The notes under the pieces were generated by a model. It saw only the letters and a program-made list of their open reading frames with translations, ran no database searches and was not told the DNA's origin. The position numbers were made by a program, and so were the translations under genes. Of a DNA stretch of 64,000 nucleotides, positions 27,264 through 40,100 are shown piece after piece. The DNA is from Syncephalis fuscata S228 (taxonomy: Eukaryota > Fungi > Zoopagomycota): the NCBI GenBank assembly GCA_025786725.1, contig JAHLTZ010000007.1:248001-312000 (forward strand), in the 5' to 3' direction. Positions within the stretch are counted from its first letter, which is position 1; every line of letters starts with the position of its first letter.

Positions 27264-29820
27264 GACAGTAGAAATAGGCGTTAAACCACACGTGCTCAAT
27301 AGACAAAAGAATGATGGTAAGAAAGAAGAACAAGAAAAGAATACCTTCAAATGCGCACGTCAACAATAAAGAAAGGAGATTGAAGGGAAAAAGGGGCAAA
27401 TAGAACGACGACAGGAGTGTAAACAACGAGATGAGTAAGTATGAGTGTGAATGTGAGAACAAGAACAAGCAAGAAAAGAGAAAGATGACAACGTGACAAC
27501 GGCAAAAGACGCGCAAGTCTAAATAATATTTAATATTAATTGATAGAGAATAGAAAGAAAGCAGAAGAAGGAAAACGTAAAGACACTAGGCGTTAAAGAT
27601 ATCTATAGGTGTATGCATTATGTAGGTGTATGTAGGTTGATTGTAGTTGATTGTAGTAGTATTATGGTTCTAAGTGGTGGGTGTGAAATGGTTTGTAAGC
27701 ATTTCAAATGATTCATGTTGACTAGTTGTGTCAATAGAGTTTATCTGAGTATAGCGTTAATTATCTTGAACATTATTAGTAATAACAACATATATCTATA
27801 TATTAGTACTATTGTAATCTACACTTATGTTATTGTTATTAATGCATAAATAGATAGGCATAATTATTCATAAAATGCAGACCCATCACTAACTGATATA
27901 TAAACGATAACTGTCATGCATGTACAACATCGGGCAATCCATATATTGTGCCACAAATGACTATAGCCAATGGAAGGATTGACGGCTATATGGAATGTAT
28001 TTCCAAATGATGCATTAACACACTAACTACAATGTGTGGTATTTATGATTGCTTAAGATGGCCTATTTCCATAGTCACGGTTTGGTTCAAGGTTACTAAT
28101 ACATTGATTGCTGCACGTATCCATTAAGTAGAAATGATTGTTTGGTTATTTACCCATCACTTTATTCACCACTGTTATGTTTATAGATAGTTGTTATTGA
28201 TTGGTTGCTATCCTTTATGCTTGGCATCCTTTAAAGACAGTAAAATAGCATTGACTAATGGTTCTTTGTTGGATTAAATAGCCATTTACGTGTGAATTGT
28301 ATAGGCCTTTATTGGTTGTTTTTAAACCGAATATCTTAGCTTGTACATTCTGTAGTAATAAAGATTTAGTAACTATAATTACAATATAATACTATGGAAA
28401 TCAGAGAAATAGAATATTAATGCCAAATACTATTACTTTTGCTGTCTATTACTTTGCATTATTAATGCTTAGATATGGATTTAACAACCATTAATTATTA
28501 CTTAATACCTGGCAATGCTTAAATAAATTGTGTGATATATTATAGATAAAATCAGAAGTATTTTATTGGTTATTGCTATTTTAGAATATTATACCTGTAT
28601 TATTAATGGCGCCAAAAGAATCCGGTAATAATCCGGCTCATTTTTATTGATATGTACTAAGCATGATTGGATCAACACCAATAATACTATTATGGCCATC
28701 GCCTTGAGAGCATGGTGTTAGACAATGCTGCTATGGCCATGGGATGGGAGTCATACAATCGTCTCTACTATAGAATGCGACAGCTATTCATTTTATGTTT
28801 TGTAAAACAAAAACTTGATTACAATTGCATTAAGGATAATAGTTTAATACAAACAGTAACATTGTTATAGCTATTAATATCATTAATATACAACTTGAGG
28901 CTGCCAATATTGATGGCAGCTATGCATAGTTAATACGCACTCCTCCATTACGGAGAATAATAGCTCAAATGAAACCCATACAATGAGCTATGCATTCTCC
29001 TTTTTTCTCACCCTCGCCTTTTCATCCCTTCACTGTTACCACTACTACTCCTTCCCTCGTCCACTAAGGCGGCGAAGGTAGCAAAAACGAAGTGCTAGCC
29101 TTGTCGGGTCGTCAAAAACACTAGTCAAACATAATGGATTCATATTTTATTGTGCGCTCTTATCTGATGAGAATGCATTGCCTTTTGCAGGTCGTCTCAT
29201 CACATGTCTAAGAACCAACGATAGTTGGCCTGTTGGTTAGAAAATAGATTTACTTGATAGCCACTATTGTTGTTAATCGATAACCGATGACGTACAGTCT
29301 CACACCCACACACATAAACGATAGACCAAGGCTTTGGCTGAGTGGAATTGTGGCCCATTTGACCATTCTGGTGTTTGAAAACATCACTGCCGTCAAGACG
29401 AATAAATAGCAATTTGCTTTTAATTTCCCAATAGTTAATTCCTCATATTCACTCACTCACTCACTCACACTAGTCTCACTACTCACATTATTTACACTAT
29501 TCACACTATTCACAGCATTTGATTGAAATTGTGGCTCAAATTACAAGGTAAATATGGCAATGATGGTTATCTCTACTGGATACAGTGAATATCTATATTA
29601 CTTTTATCGGTTGCTGAGGCTTAAGTGACGCGTGTGGCTTGCCCTTTTCATATGCCCGTTTTATTCCGATCAATAAGCGCTCGCGCAATTCAAATGGGTG
29701 GTTGCACGCTCCGCACTTTTCTTTTTCTATACTCACCTCTTCTCCTTGCTTGTTTTCGCACGACGACGTGTTCACTGCTTTTATTGCCTGTATACGGCTA
29801 CCAATATCGCCGTGGTCCTC

Positions 29821-29827
29821 TATAAAA
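29821..29827 (+). promoter_or_regulatory. Probable TATA box of the ODC gene
   Basis: TATAAAA after a GC-richer element-dense segment and directly before a pyrimidine-rich, ATG-free ~850-nt stretch leading to the ODC ATG. Confidence 0.55.
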
Positions 29828-30184
29828 CGACCGCTACACACCTCACCTGCTTGTTCTGCTTTATCTTAACTTTACCTGATACCTTGTTTTATTCATACTT
29901 GCCTATTTCTACGGCAAACCAATCCAGCTTTCAATAACCAGTTGCAATACTTGACTCATATCGTTGATAACTCTACTTGCTCGTTGCTTCTCCTTACTCC
30001 TGTTCTTTATCCATTGGATCTACTGCTGTTACTTAATCTAGTAACATTGATACGAACGAACAAGTTGATTTCTTGCGTCGTTTGTCGAGTGATCGTTGTG
30101 CCGAGTCCAGCCGGCTTTTCATAAAACCTTTTGTCGTTCATCCGACGGGACGCTAGACCGACGTTGTCAGCGCCCACTAGCACC

Positions 30185-30304
30185 ACGGCCTCCGAAACCG
30201 CTAAGCAGTCCGTTGTTGTTGCGGTAGTGCCGGCTGCTATTGCTGCCTACCGGTACTTCTCTGGCCCTCCTCCCTGGCCCTGCTGCCGCTGCTTACACGC
30301 GTAA
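30185..30304 (+). promoter_or_regulatory. Non-AUG (ACG) initiated regulatory uORF (uCC) with PPPW stall motif in the ODC leader
   Basis: acc-ACG-g context (A at -3, G at +4). Encodes (M)ASETAKQSVVVAVVPAAIAAYRYFSGPPPWPCCRCLHA*. No ATG found from 29821 to 30673. Confidence 0.75.
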
Positions 30305-30673
30305 ACATACACGCTTGCCTACGTTAGCTATCTTTTCTTTCCATTGCTTGCCTACTGACGTGGACTTGACGAAAGACCACTGCTTCACTACTGCTACTTC
30401 TTGCCTGCCGTTTTGCGCTTCGCATACTATCGGCATAACTTGCACCCGCCCTAGCGGTCCACACACGTCTGCCTGCGTGTGTACGCTTGTTTGCGGGTAC
30501 CTTTCTTCATATTCTATCTGACGGTGCTTATTGTGCGCAATCTACGCCATTAATCATCGCCTACGATCTAACTATATTTCTATTACAATATCGCTGATTT
30601 TACTTTGATTGTTTTTGCGGGTATTATTAGGATACCAGTCATTTAATCAAGAACTATTTTATTCGTTTTCAAG

Positions 30674-32385
30674 ATGCCTTTTGTTGAGGGAAGATTTTCA
30701 TTGAACGCTGCTGAGGATGTTGAATCGACCAACACATCTCATACTGCGACTGCAATTGTTGCTGCCAATGCCACCATTGGCAAACAGTCGGTCTACATTG
30801 GCAACAATGCAGCCCAACTACCGATTACTCCTCCTATTATGCCATTAGCCTTCGATGCGGCTACCAGTAACACTATTGATTTGTCAATGCCTATGGGCAA
30901 TTTAGCTCCCCTTCCGGCCACGACGGCTTTGCTGTCAGCCCCACCACCACGTATGTCTGTTGATGATGCGTTGCGTCATCAGCTAGCCAACATCGAGTTT
31001 ACTGGTGCCGAAGATAATGCCTTTTTTATTGCTGACGTGGCTCATTTACATAGACAGCACCAGACTTGGACAAATGAACTACCACAAGTTCATCCTTACT
31101 ATGCAGTTAAATGCAATCCCTCACCACCAATTATACAAACTTTAGCTTCATTGGGCGTTAACTTTGACTGTGCTTCAAAGGTGGAAATCCAGTCCGTTTT
31201 AGAAGCTGGCGTGTCACCAGATCGCATCATTTATGCCAATCCGTGCAAGCAACTGTCGCATATCCGCTATGCAGTTGCTAATGGTGTACGTATGATGACG
31301 TTCGATAACGCAGACGAACTCCATAAGGTTTATCGTGTTAGCCAAGATGTCAAAATGATTCTTCGTATTCTAGTCGATGATAGTAAGAGCTTCTGTCAAT
31401 TAGGACTTAAGTTTGGCGCTCCTATGGAGTCGATTGAATCATTGTTGGCTGTAGCACGTGATCTTAATGTTCACTTGGCTGGCGTTAGTTTCCATGTAGG
31501 CAGTGGATGCTATGATGCCGAAGCCTTTGGCAGTGCGTCCAGCGAGCCAAGACGGTCTTTGACTTGGCTCCGCTTTATGGACATAACGATATGCGTATTC
31601 TTGATATTGGAGGCGGCTTTCCTGGCTCCAAGCTTGCCGATATTAAGTTTGAGCAAATTGCTGGTATATTACGTACCGCTCTTAGCGAATATTTCCCGAT
31701 TGATTCGGGTATTCAGCTTATTGCCGAACCTGGCCGTTACTTTGTTGAAAATGCATTTACATTGGCCGTTAACGTTATTGCTCGACGTGTTGTATATGAC
31801 GACAAGCCAGAAGGAGAGAATGGTGTGGTGACCGATAGTATGACCAACGATAACGGCAATAGCAAACCACCATCTTACATGTACTACATTAACGATGGCA
31901 TGTACGGCTCATTCAACTGCATCATGTTCGATCATGTTATTATGAAGACACCAGGCCTATTGATGCGTGAAGGCCAATTTCATGGCCGTGACCATCCACA
32001 CCAACGTCCAGAGTATCTGGTCAACCGTGAGACGCCGACTTTGTCACTCATAGGCTTCAGTGACTCGGATGATGATAGTGTCGAACTGTCAACACCAAAC
32101 GAGGCGATGTCGGTAGAAGGGGCACTTATGGCCGCATCGCCAATGCCTCCCGGCTATCGCTGTAGCATTTGGGGCCCCACTTGCGACTCAATTGACTGCG
32201 TTAATCCACGATGTGTATTACCCGAACTCCGTGTTGGTGACTGGCTACGCTACGACGGTATGGGTGCCTATACACTATGTGCAGCCTCTCAATTCAACGG
32301 CTTTAAGCAAAGTCGGGTCATCTACATTGATACTACCGACACTTGCTTGCACACAGCAGCGACCAAGAACGGCAACTTCCACTAG
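30674..32385 (+). CDS. SPE1: Ornithine decarboxylase; frame broken by a 1-nt deletion relative to homologs near 31536
   Basis: PLP-Lys motif PYYAVKCN, FDCAS, IIYANPCK, KFGA and GVSFHVGSG in ORF 30674-31831. LDIGGGF, IAEPGRY, YYINDGMYGSFNC, catalytic WGPTCDSID, MGAYT and FNGF lie in the -1 frame. Confidence 0.9.
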
Positions 32386-32715
32386 TACGTTTAGAACAAT
32401 ACTACGTTGGCTGCTTTAATTTTTGATCAATACTTGTGCAAATCCATACATAAATAAAGCATGTGATTATAATATTAAGTTTCTATTGTTTCTACAAACA
32501 CGTTCTTTATTACTTTTATTGGAAAGAAAAGGGAAACAGCTATTGTACAACCATGTATAGTGGTCATTGAAGTTAACATGACGTTATTACCTGTGTATTC
32601 AAGTGACAATAATAACAGCGAATAGACAATAGGCATTGAATACATTACATTTATTAGATGGATTGAAGTAACATTTTATTTAGCCATCACATCATCACAT
32701 TTATTGTTTGGTGAT

Positions 32716-33240
32716 CAAATGACCATTTTTAATACCATTGAATCTAATGAACATGGTGATGGGTGGTGAGTGACATTAAAGTCTAAAATACTCACCATTG
32801 TAGATTTATTGTCCAGTATGCATATATTCAGTGTACATATATCCTCTATTCACATATATCACTCTCATTCTGTCCCACACTATTATATATATTCTATGAC
32901 ATATTGAATACATTCTATTGTTAATATACACCAATACACTTCATTCAGTCCACTTATTGCGTTATATGCACTATAGTTTTGACACCATTTTATATGCTTT
33001 AACATTGTATGCTTATTCTATTTTGTATCATTCTATGATTATCTAGTCTTTCTCTATTCAAAAACTGTTTTTATTTTTGCTCTAGCTTTATTATTTGCAA
33101 ATCTCGACTAATGTCGCTCATTACATTCACTTAATCGTATACACTATGCTTCACCATCAGTATTTATTTTGTTTATCTATTTTGCATTATATTGTTTCAC
33201 GCTTTATTATTTGTATATCTCGACTTGGCTCATCCAAACA
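32716..33240. repeat. Dispersed AT-rich repeat family shared with 43300-44780
   Basis: 32716-32984 is a near-identical inverted copy of 44511-44779. 33000-33240 resembles the reverse complement of 43495-43860 (tctcgactaatg / cattagtcgaga). Confidence 0.85.
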
Positions 33241-33726
33241 TATAAATAAACGCACTATATTTTTATCGTTAATATTACATATTTTCTTGAGCTATTCACT
33301 TAGTTTTACTTTAGTTTGAAAATATAAAGTATTTATAAACAGTATTTGGTAATTTGTGTCCAACGCTAGTTAACAGAGTTGATAACATATTAAACTAAAA
33401 GCCATGAATATATACTGTCAAGTGTGAAGAAAGAGAAAGGAAACGGTGACGTAGATTGTGAGTTGCGTTGTTAATATAAGTGAATTAAATACTGATGACA
33501 ATTGACACTAAACTACTCATTATTATAGAACATGCTGCCAATAAATAGCGAGTATATTAAAAGGGCTAAACTAATGTAATAAAAGCCATTCGACCCTCAA
33601 AAACACTTATTATCATAGAACATATTTTTAGTATAGTAGTGAATATGTTAAATAATAAAGTTATTGATTCAAAAAAACAATTGCCATCTTATAATTTTAT
33701 AATTTGAATGAAGATAATGACTGCTT

Positions 33727-35403
33727 TTAGTCCTCACTGGCACTCGAAGAATCGGTAGAATCGGTGAAGCTTTCGGACTCGGTGAAGCGGCTTGATGGGA
33801 GCTCATTCATAATGGTTTGGTCGGGACTGTCGGCCTTCTTGACGTGGTGGTGGTGCTGATGAGCTTTGTGCATGACTTGGCGACGTGTGCGGATTTTGCG
33901 GTGGGGCATAGCAACATGATCTTTGCTTTCGGTCATTGGTACTGGCACGGTTGTTTGTACATCATCTGCGTCTTCGTTCTCGGCTCCGGCAACAACGGCG
34001 GCTTCATCCATATCTGCTTCGTCCTCATCGGCCTCAGGATCAACAAGAGCCTCTGTAGATACTTCTGCATCCTCTTCAGCATCCATCTCAATGTTATCGT
34101 CTGCTACAGCATCTTCGGGAGCCACATTCATAAGCTGTACTCGTTGAATACGCTCAAACGCCGCATTCTCGGGAGCGATAGCACCGGTACGTTCGGCAAA
34201 ATCTAGATTGGTTTCTGCGAATTCGCGCTGAAGTTCACGGACCTCCTCTTCGGCTTCAGAGTGAGTCATTGGCTGCTTCATTTCGCTTTCGTCAGAGCGA
34301 CGGTAAAGGCGGTAGTATTCGTTTGAGCTCTTCTCTCCTTCGTTGTCGTCGTCATCATCTTCATCAGCATCTTCGTACTTCTTCTCGGTCTTCTTGTGCC
34401 ATAATTCGTAGCATTTGGCCAAACTGTGATCCTTCTTGGCACACTTCAAAATAAATTCCTTGTCTGGAGACGAGCAATAGCCGTGGTCGAAACCGGCTGC
34501 CAAACATTTCTTAATCCACCATGGGAGCTCACCCGATGGACCATAGCCTGGCCCGTATGAGTTGTCGTTGGATTCATAATCCGGTTTACCATAATGTTCC
34601 TCTGGATGGCCACCGTAATACTCTTCTGGATGGCCGTCGTGGTGTCCTTCAAAATGGCCATCATGATGGTCTTCGAAACGGCCGTCGTGATGTCCTTCAA
34701 AATGACCACCATGGTGGCCTTCGAAATGGCCATCGTGATGATCATCGAAATGACCACGGTGATGTTCACCAGGATAGCCACCGTGATAGCCTTCAAAATG
34801 ACCATCGTGGTGACCATCGAAATGGTCACGGTGATGTTCATCAGGGTAGCCACCATGATGACCTTCGAAATGGCCACCGTGATGTCCTTCGAAATGGTCA
34901 CGATGATGTTCGCCAGGATAACCACCATGATGGCCTTCGAAATGGTCACCATGGTGACCTTCAAAGTGTGGCTCTTTACCTTCAGGATAAAGTGGCTTGC
35001 CAATGCAAACAACATGTGCACAAGCTTCACAGCTATCTGGAACAATTTTGCATTGAGTGTCGGCTGGGCAAGAAGTGCAGCCTAGAGGTTCTTTTTTACA
35101 GACAACACACTCGGTAGGCTTATTTTTTCCGTTGAAAGAGGCTGGCTTTGTTGACTCCAACGAGAGGGCGTTACCTGAAGTTGGCTCTACAGGCATAGCG
35201 TTGTTATTCATTGCAGTGTTTGGATCTGCGCCCATGATTTGATCAAATGTAGGGCGCATCTGATCAGCTGGACCTTGCATATCCATCGCTGGCCCCATCA
35301 TACCGACATCAAACGGTACTTGGCCCATAGCATCTTGGGCACATACGGCACCAAGCGCACAAAGGAGAAGAGCGGCACTAATGATGCTCTTTTCTTTCAA
35401 CAT
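33727..35403 (-). CDS. Secreted protein with Opy2-like 8-Cys module, His/Gly octapeptide repeats and acidic C-terminal region
   Basis: Signal peptide MLKEKSIISAALLLCALGAVCA; CVVC...CTSC...C...SCEAC...C; ~15-16 copies of HFEGHHGG/GYPGEHHR-type 8-mers (24-nt units, ~34590-34970); dibasic YRR site. Confidence 0.82.
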   Translation of the reverse strand: MLKEKSIISAALLLCALGAVCAQDAMGQVPFDVGMMGPAMDMQGPADQMRPTFDQIMGADPNTAMNNNAMPVEPTSGNALSLESTKPASFNGKNKPTECVVCKKEPLGCTSCPADTQCKIVPDSCEACAHVVCIGKPLYPEGKEPHFEGHHGDHFEGHHGGYPGEHHRDHFEGHHGGHFEGHHGGYPDEHHRDHFDGHHDGHFEGYHGGYPGEHHRGHFDDHHDGHFEGHHGGHFEGHHDGRFEDHHDGHFEGHHDGHPEEYYGGHPEEHYGKPDYESNDNSYGPGYGPSGELPWWIKKCLAAGFDHGYCSSPDKEFILKCAKKDHSLAKCYELWHKKTEKKYEDADEDDDDDNEGEKSSNEYYRLYRRSDESEMKQPMTHSEAEEEVRELQREFAETNLDFAERTGAIAPENAAFERIQRVQLMNVAPEDAVADDNIEMDAEEDAEVSTEALVDPEADEDEADMDEAAVVAGAENEDADDVQTTVPVPMTESKDHVAMPHRKIRTRRQVMHKAHQHHHHVKKADSPDQTIMNELPSSRFTESESFTDSTDSSSASED

Positions 35404-37168
35404 GTTTATAAAAGGTATTGCTTTTAATACACTTTGGAAAAAAATTAATTTTTGGCGCAGTAAATAATGAATATTCAAAAGTACTTTTGTCGTTTTCCCA
35501 GTGCTAACAGCGTAGGCCAGACAATATATAAAAGGTGTTGGCGATGCAGCGACTAATGTGTGATGATATGAGAAACTGACCGTGTTGTAATCGCAATTAT
35601 ATATTATTGTGCTATTGAGTCGCAGTTTGTTAATGGCTCCTGAAGTGGTCAAAAAGGGATTATTTGTTGTCGGCAACAGCAATAACCAACACTGCTAATG
35701 ACTAACAGCCCCTTAGCAAATACGTACTGGCTTTTGTTGCGGCCAATAGTACAAAAATGCGCCAGGAGAACCCGCATTCTTTTGTACACCTCCTGCATCA
35801 ATAACGCCCCCTTGTGCTGCACTATAAGGGATATGAACGCAGTCGTTAACCGAACCCAGGGGAGATTCACTGGTGTTGACTAGCTCTATTAGTACAATAT
35901 GCTGCCCCTTTAGTAACTATTAATTGGATATTAACGCACGTGCCTAAACTGTATCTATAATATTGTGCACAAGCAACATTGTTGATTTAATTGCATTTTA
36001 TTAAGTTTGACGGTCATTGCGCTAACTTTGATAATGCATTGATATTGTTTTTCCATTTTTAATATGAATAAATTTTAACATTTAGCAACAATAGCAACTA
36101 CTGTATTGTACTTTACTGAGACGGAGTTATTGTACTTTTTACATTTTTTATTTGTCCATTTCACTTGCTTTTTTTAATACTCTTAGACACAATTAAACAC
36201 TCATTCATTACTATAACATGTATAATATCGCATCCAACACTAATTAATTCATGTGTAATTATCAGTATAATAATGTAATTAATTAGTTATTTTTATTATT
36301 GCTTTAATATATATATATATTGTTATTTATTTAGTTAGATTGGCTATAGGGGGAATGGCTGTTTAATAAACGACATTTATACTAATTATATTAATCTTAA
36401 TCTTACATCACAAATATGCTCAAGATGCAAGATTGTAATGTTAGAAAATAAAAGAGAACATTTAGGCGCAATAATCCATGCTGATGTAGATGCAACAACA
36501 ACAAATGCAGAATGACATGGAATCGCAATCATATGGCTTTCATTGATATTCGATCAATCTTTCTACGCATAACCAACAACAATAATAATTAACCTCAAAC
36601 GTTTCAATGAAATCAAATGTTATGTTACATTATTTATTTAAACCAATCTATTAGCAATATTTTAATAGGAAGTAACATAACCATGCTTGTTGTGCATGAC
36701 TGTATGACTTTGACTGGAACGAATTTTGCTATGAGGACTTAAAATAAAAAAGTCAAATGCAATTTGGCCAAGAGCCTTTACACAAGCAGTCTTATTATTA
36801 GTAAATGCAATGTTTCTGCTGGATGTTACAACCATTGCATAATAAACATTACAGTATAAAATTAAGATATTTTATTAAATATTAATAAAAACATAGTGCA
36901 TGGTTTAAAAGTAATTAATTTTAAAATATTAGCTTATAGCTACATCTTTAGCATAAATGGAAAATAAAACAAAATAATAAACGATTGTGCAAGTTACATT
37001 AAACCAAATCTTTATCTATTCTACATTAACATAACTAACTTTAATTCACATATTAGCTTAGTTTAGTATGTTTATTAGATATTGGGATACATATTTTGTA
37101 TTAGTCTGGCCGGACTAACAGACTTTTCAACGGAGGTAAGTAATACAACAACTAATCGCTTTGCTGAG

Positions 37169-40100
37169 CTATACTTCGTATATATTGTTATCCTCTGCTT
37201 GATAAGTATTTTCGCTGAGAAAGTCGCTATCACTACTTTCGCTACTTTCATCGCTATCTCCATATTTATCTGATTCATTTTCACTTTCATATCCATTAGC
37301 AATCTCAGCATCATCATCATCATCATCATCATCATTATCATTATGTGGTGCGAAACTGATGGGTGGTGGGCTGTGACCCAGTTCATCAACGAATATAGTT
37401 GGACGACCGCTAATGTCTAGATGATCTGCAGGTATATCCACGCTGTTAGGATCGATATCAGGACTCGGTTGTCCTATTTCTACTTCACTACCGCTGCCAA
37501 CACCGCTTAACAAGGTGCGTACACGCTCCGCACTCGTGTTGCTTTCTATTGTTTGTGTTGCACCACTATCAGCGCCGTTACCATTAATGACATTATTCCT
37601 ATTTTCGATTTGTGATGCCGATATATTAAGTTGAGCACGGCGTAACCGACGTCGACAGATGGCAATCTTTTTCTCAATCACCATACGATTTTCAATCATA
37701 TGTAGTTTTGGCCAGGTACGGCGCCGACCCTTATTCATATAATGAACCATGCTTTCTGGTGTTGGATCTTTCAATAGTCTGGGATAGTCTCCTGGGGCAA
37801 TCTTAGGAATAATGGTAACGTTGCCGTGAAAGCGCTGCAGCCATAAAAATGCCAAATCTTCGTCCATAATACGAGGCAGTAATTCCAAATCGGACACAAT
37901 ACGAACCCATTTTTTTAGATCCAATTTTAGGCCGTGTTCAATAGATGAGGCCACGAAGCCACCTCGCCTATAATAGATATATTAATAAATGAACCAACAA
38001 GTAGTAACGTTCAGCTCACCATCCTTGACCACGTAAATGAGACGATGGTCTACCTACACTACCGCGATGGTCATAGAAGAACAGGATGACATGCGGATTA
38101 ACTTGGCTTACAATGGTATATCGAACATTAAACTAATAAATCATAATATAAGATTATTTAACTTCGTGTTATCATGATAATACTTACGTAATGATTTAAT
38201 GCTTCAATTGGAATATCCACTCGTAGACTTCCATCACGCCATGTATGACCACTATGAATGAATGGTTCGGCTTCACCTGCTTCATTTTTCATCATAAGCA
38301 CAACTGGTTGCAACAAACCAGGAACGGCAGAGCTAGCCAACACTAAAAACAACAGTCAATTAACTAATACATTAAATAACAGGCTTTTAACACCACTACC
38401 CACATGCACTCCATATAATAACATCAGGCGCCGTTAGATGATTGAGCAACTTTGGCGGTCCATGGCCGCCATATGGCACTACAGTTACATTAAGAATACG
38501 ACCAGTACGTTCAAATGCCTCACGGAATGTTGTGCTTCCAAATGTTACCCATTGAAGTTTCTCGGCCATTTCTGTCACTTCAAGCCTGTATAAACTTGTA
38601 ATTAGTATACTCGGTCGTTATTGCTAATAAGTATTAGTGAACCTACATGACACGTTTTTGGATAAATCGCTTAGCTACCGTCTATGGATTATAATAGTAT
38701 ATATTACATTAGTTTATTATCTCAATATTCCTTCTACTTACTATCCATCCATCAGTAAATGGATTAATACGGTCTGCCAATTGTGGTGTTATTAAAGGGC
38801 GTAGCTCCTCATCAGTACGCACACCAATAATAGCCGCTAAATTAGTGTAATTAGCACTCATCAATGATTATTTATCCATAAACTACTTACCAATAAGTGC
38901 ACCACCACTTGTACCAGTAACCACCTTGGGCAGCAATTGTCGGTCCAATAACGCCTGAATAACACCAAAGTGATAATAAGCAAAAGATGCGCCTCCACTA
39001 AGACACAGGGCCGTGCGACCATAGCTACGGCTGGCCTTTTTAAAAAAACGTATTTTCTTTTCTAAGGATAGCGTATTTGATTCGTAGATATGTTCAAGTG
39101 AACCGGTAACTATAAAATAATATATATTTAACAAATATTAAACTACTTATTACTCGGCCTACCTTGATTGACATAACGTTCCAATACGTCTTTAGTGCCA
39201 TAATAGGTGCGTGAATAAAGACGAGAATTTTCACATCCGCCAATATTGCTTTTCATCGCACCACTAAGTAATGCATCCTGTAAACGTGGTACGGCCGATT
39301 CACCTTGCTCACGTAACTCGCGGAGAAGACGGCCTTGCTTATAAATTAATCGACCATCATACGAAGAATCAAGCGGCTCTCGTTTCCACGCATCTAGGCC
39401 CAGGTAGCGATCAAGTTCCATGGCCGCTTCTTTCCATTCGTTATAATCGCTAGTGTTTTGTAGCTTTTGACGCAGTCGATTCTTATTGCCGCGCCTAAAT
39501 CAAATAATTGCTTATTGTATTAATATGTAACAATTTACGTAAAAATCAAACTTACCACGTAAAAAAATATTCCCACACATTAACTATTTGTCGAACCAAG
39601 AAATATAATATTAATTCAAATAAAACAACACATAAAATGACCAGAAATAAAGGGATGCGTATAAAGGCATAGGTAATACTTGAGGCATGTGATGGCCGCG
39701 ACCGTTTCCTCGGTCTTACAGCGCCCATCAGTGCTGAATGAATACTACGCTGGCTGCGTAGCCGTCCTAGATTGCGTAAGCGTGATTTTAATGTCGATGC
39801 ATGGTATGGGCCATTTGCTGTGTTTGTCCCCCCTCCAGCACTGCTACCTGAATTACGTTTTCGACGTAAAAGTGGCACCTCAAGTGTATTAGATCGTTCG
39901 CCACTATGTTGTGTTTGGCCGGCCATAGAAGAGCGACGTGACGTACCCAACGGTGTGCCGATTCCTGAAAAACTATTGTTTCTTGAACTACCTATACCGC
40001 TATAACTAGCACTGCCACTATTTGCTTCCTGTGACGCTGCTTGAGCGGCCAAACTTAGCGCCTGTTTAAAGGCAGCTAAATGACGATGATCTGTATAGTC

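Noticed and set aside
29164-29201. CTGATGAG followed by a hairpin, resembling a hammerhead ribozyme core
   Set aside because: No GAAA after stem II and no stems I/III with an NUH site. The similar CTGACG...GAAA at ~30355-30374 lacks the invariant A9.
31540-31831. Hydrophobic C-terminal tail of the 385-aa ODC ORF as a membrane-anchored isoform
   Set aside because: Off-frame read-through of the conserved ODC C-terminal half after the 1-nt discrepancy.
34446-35117. Three long overlapping ORFs (163-199 aa) on both strands
   Set aside because: By-products of the stop-free 24-nt His/Gly coding repeat.
35404-35682. Upstream 93 codons of the 651-aa ORF
   Set aside because: Non-ATG start running through a TATA-containing promoter; the signal peptide begins at ATG 35403.
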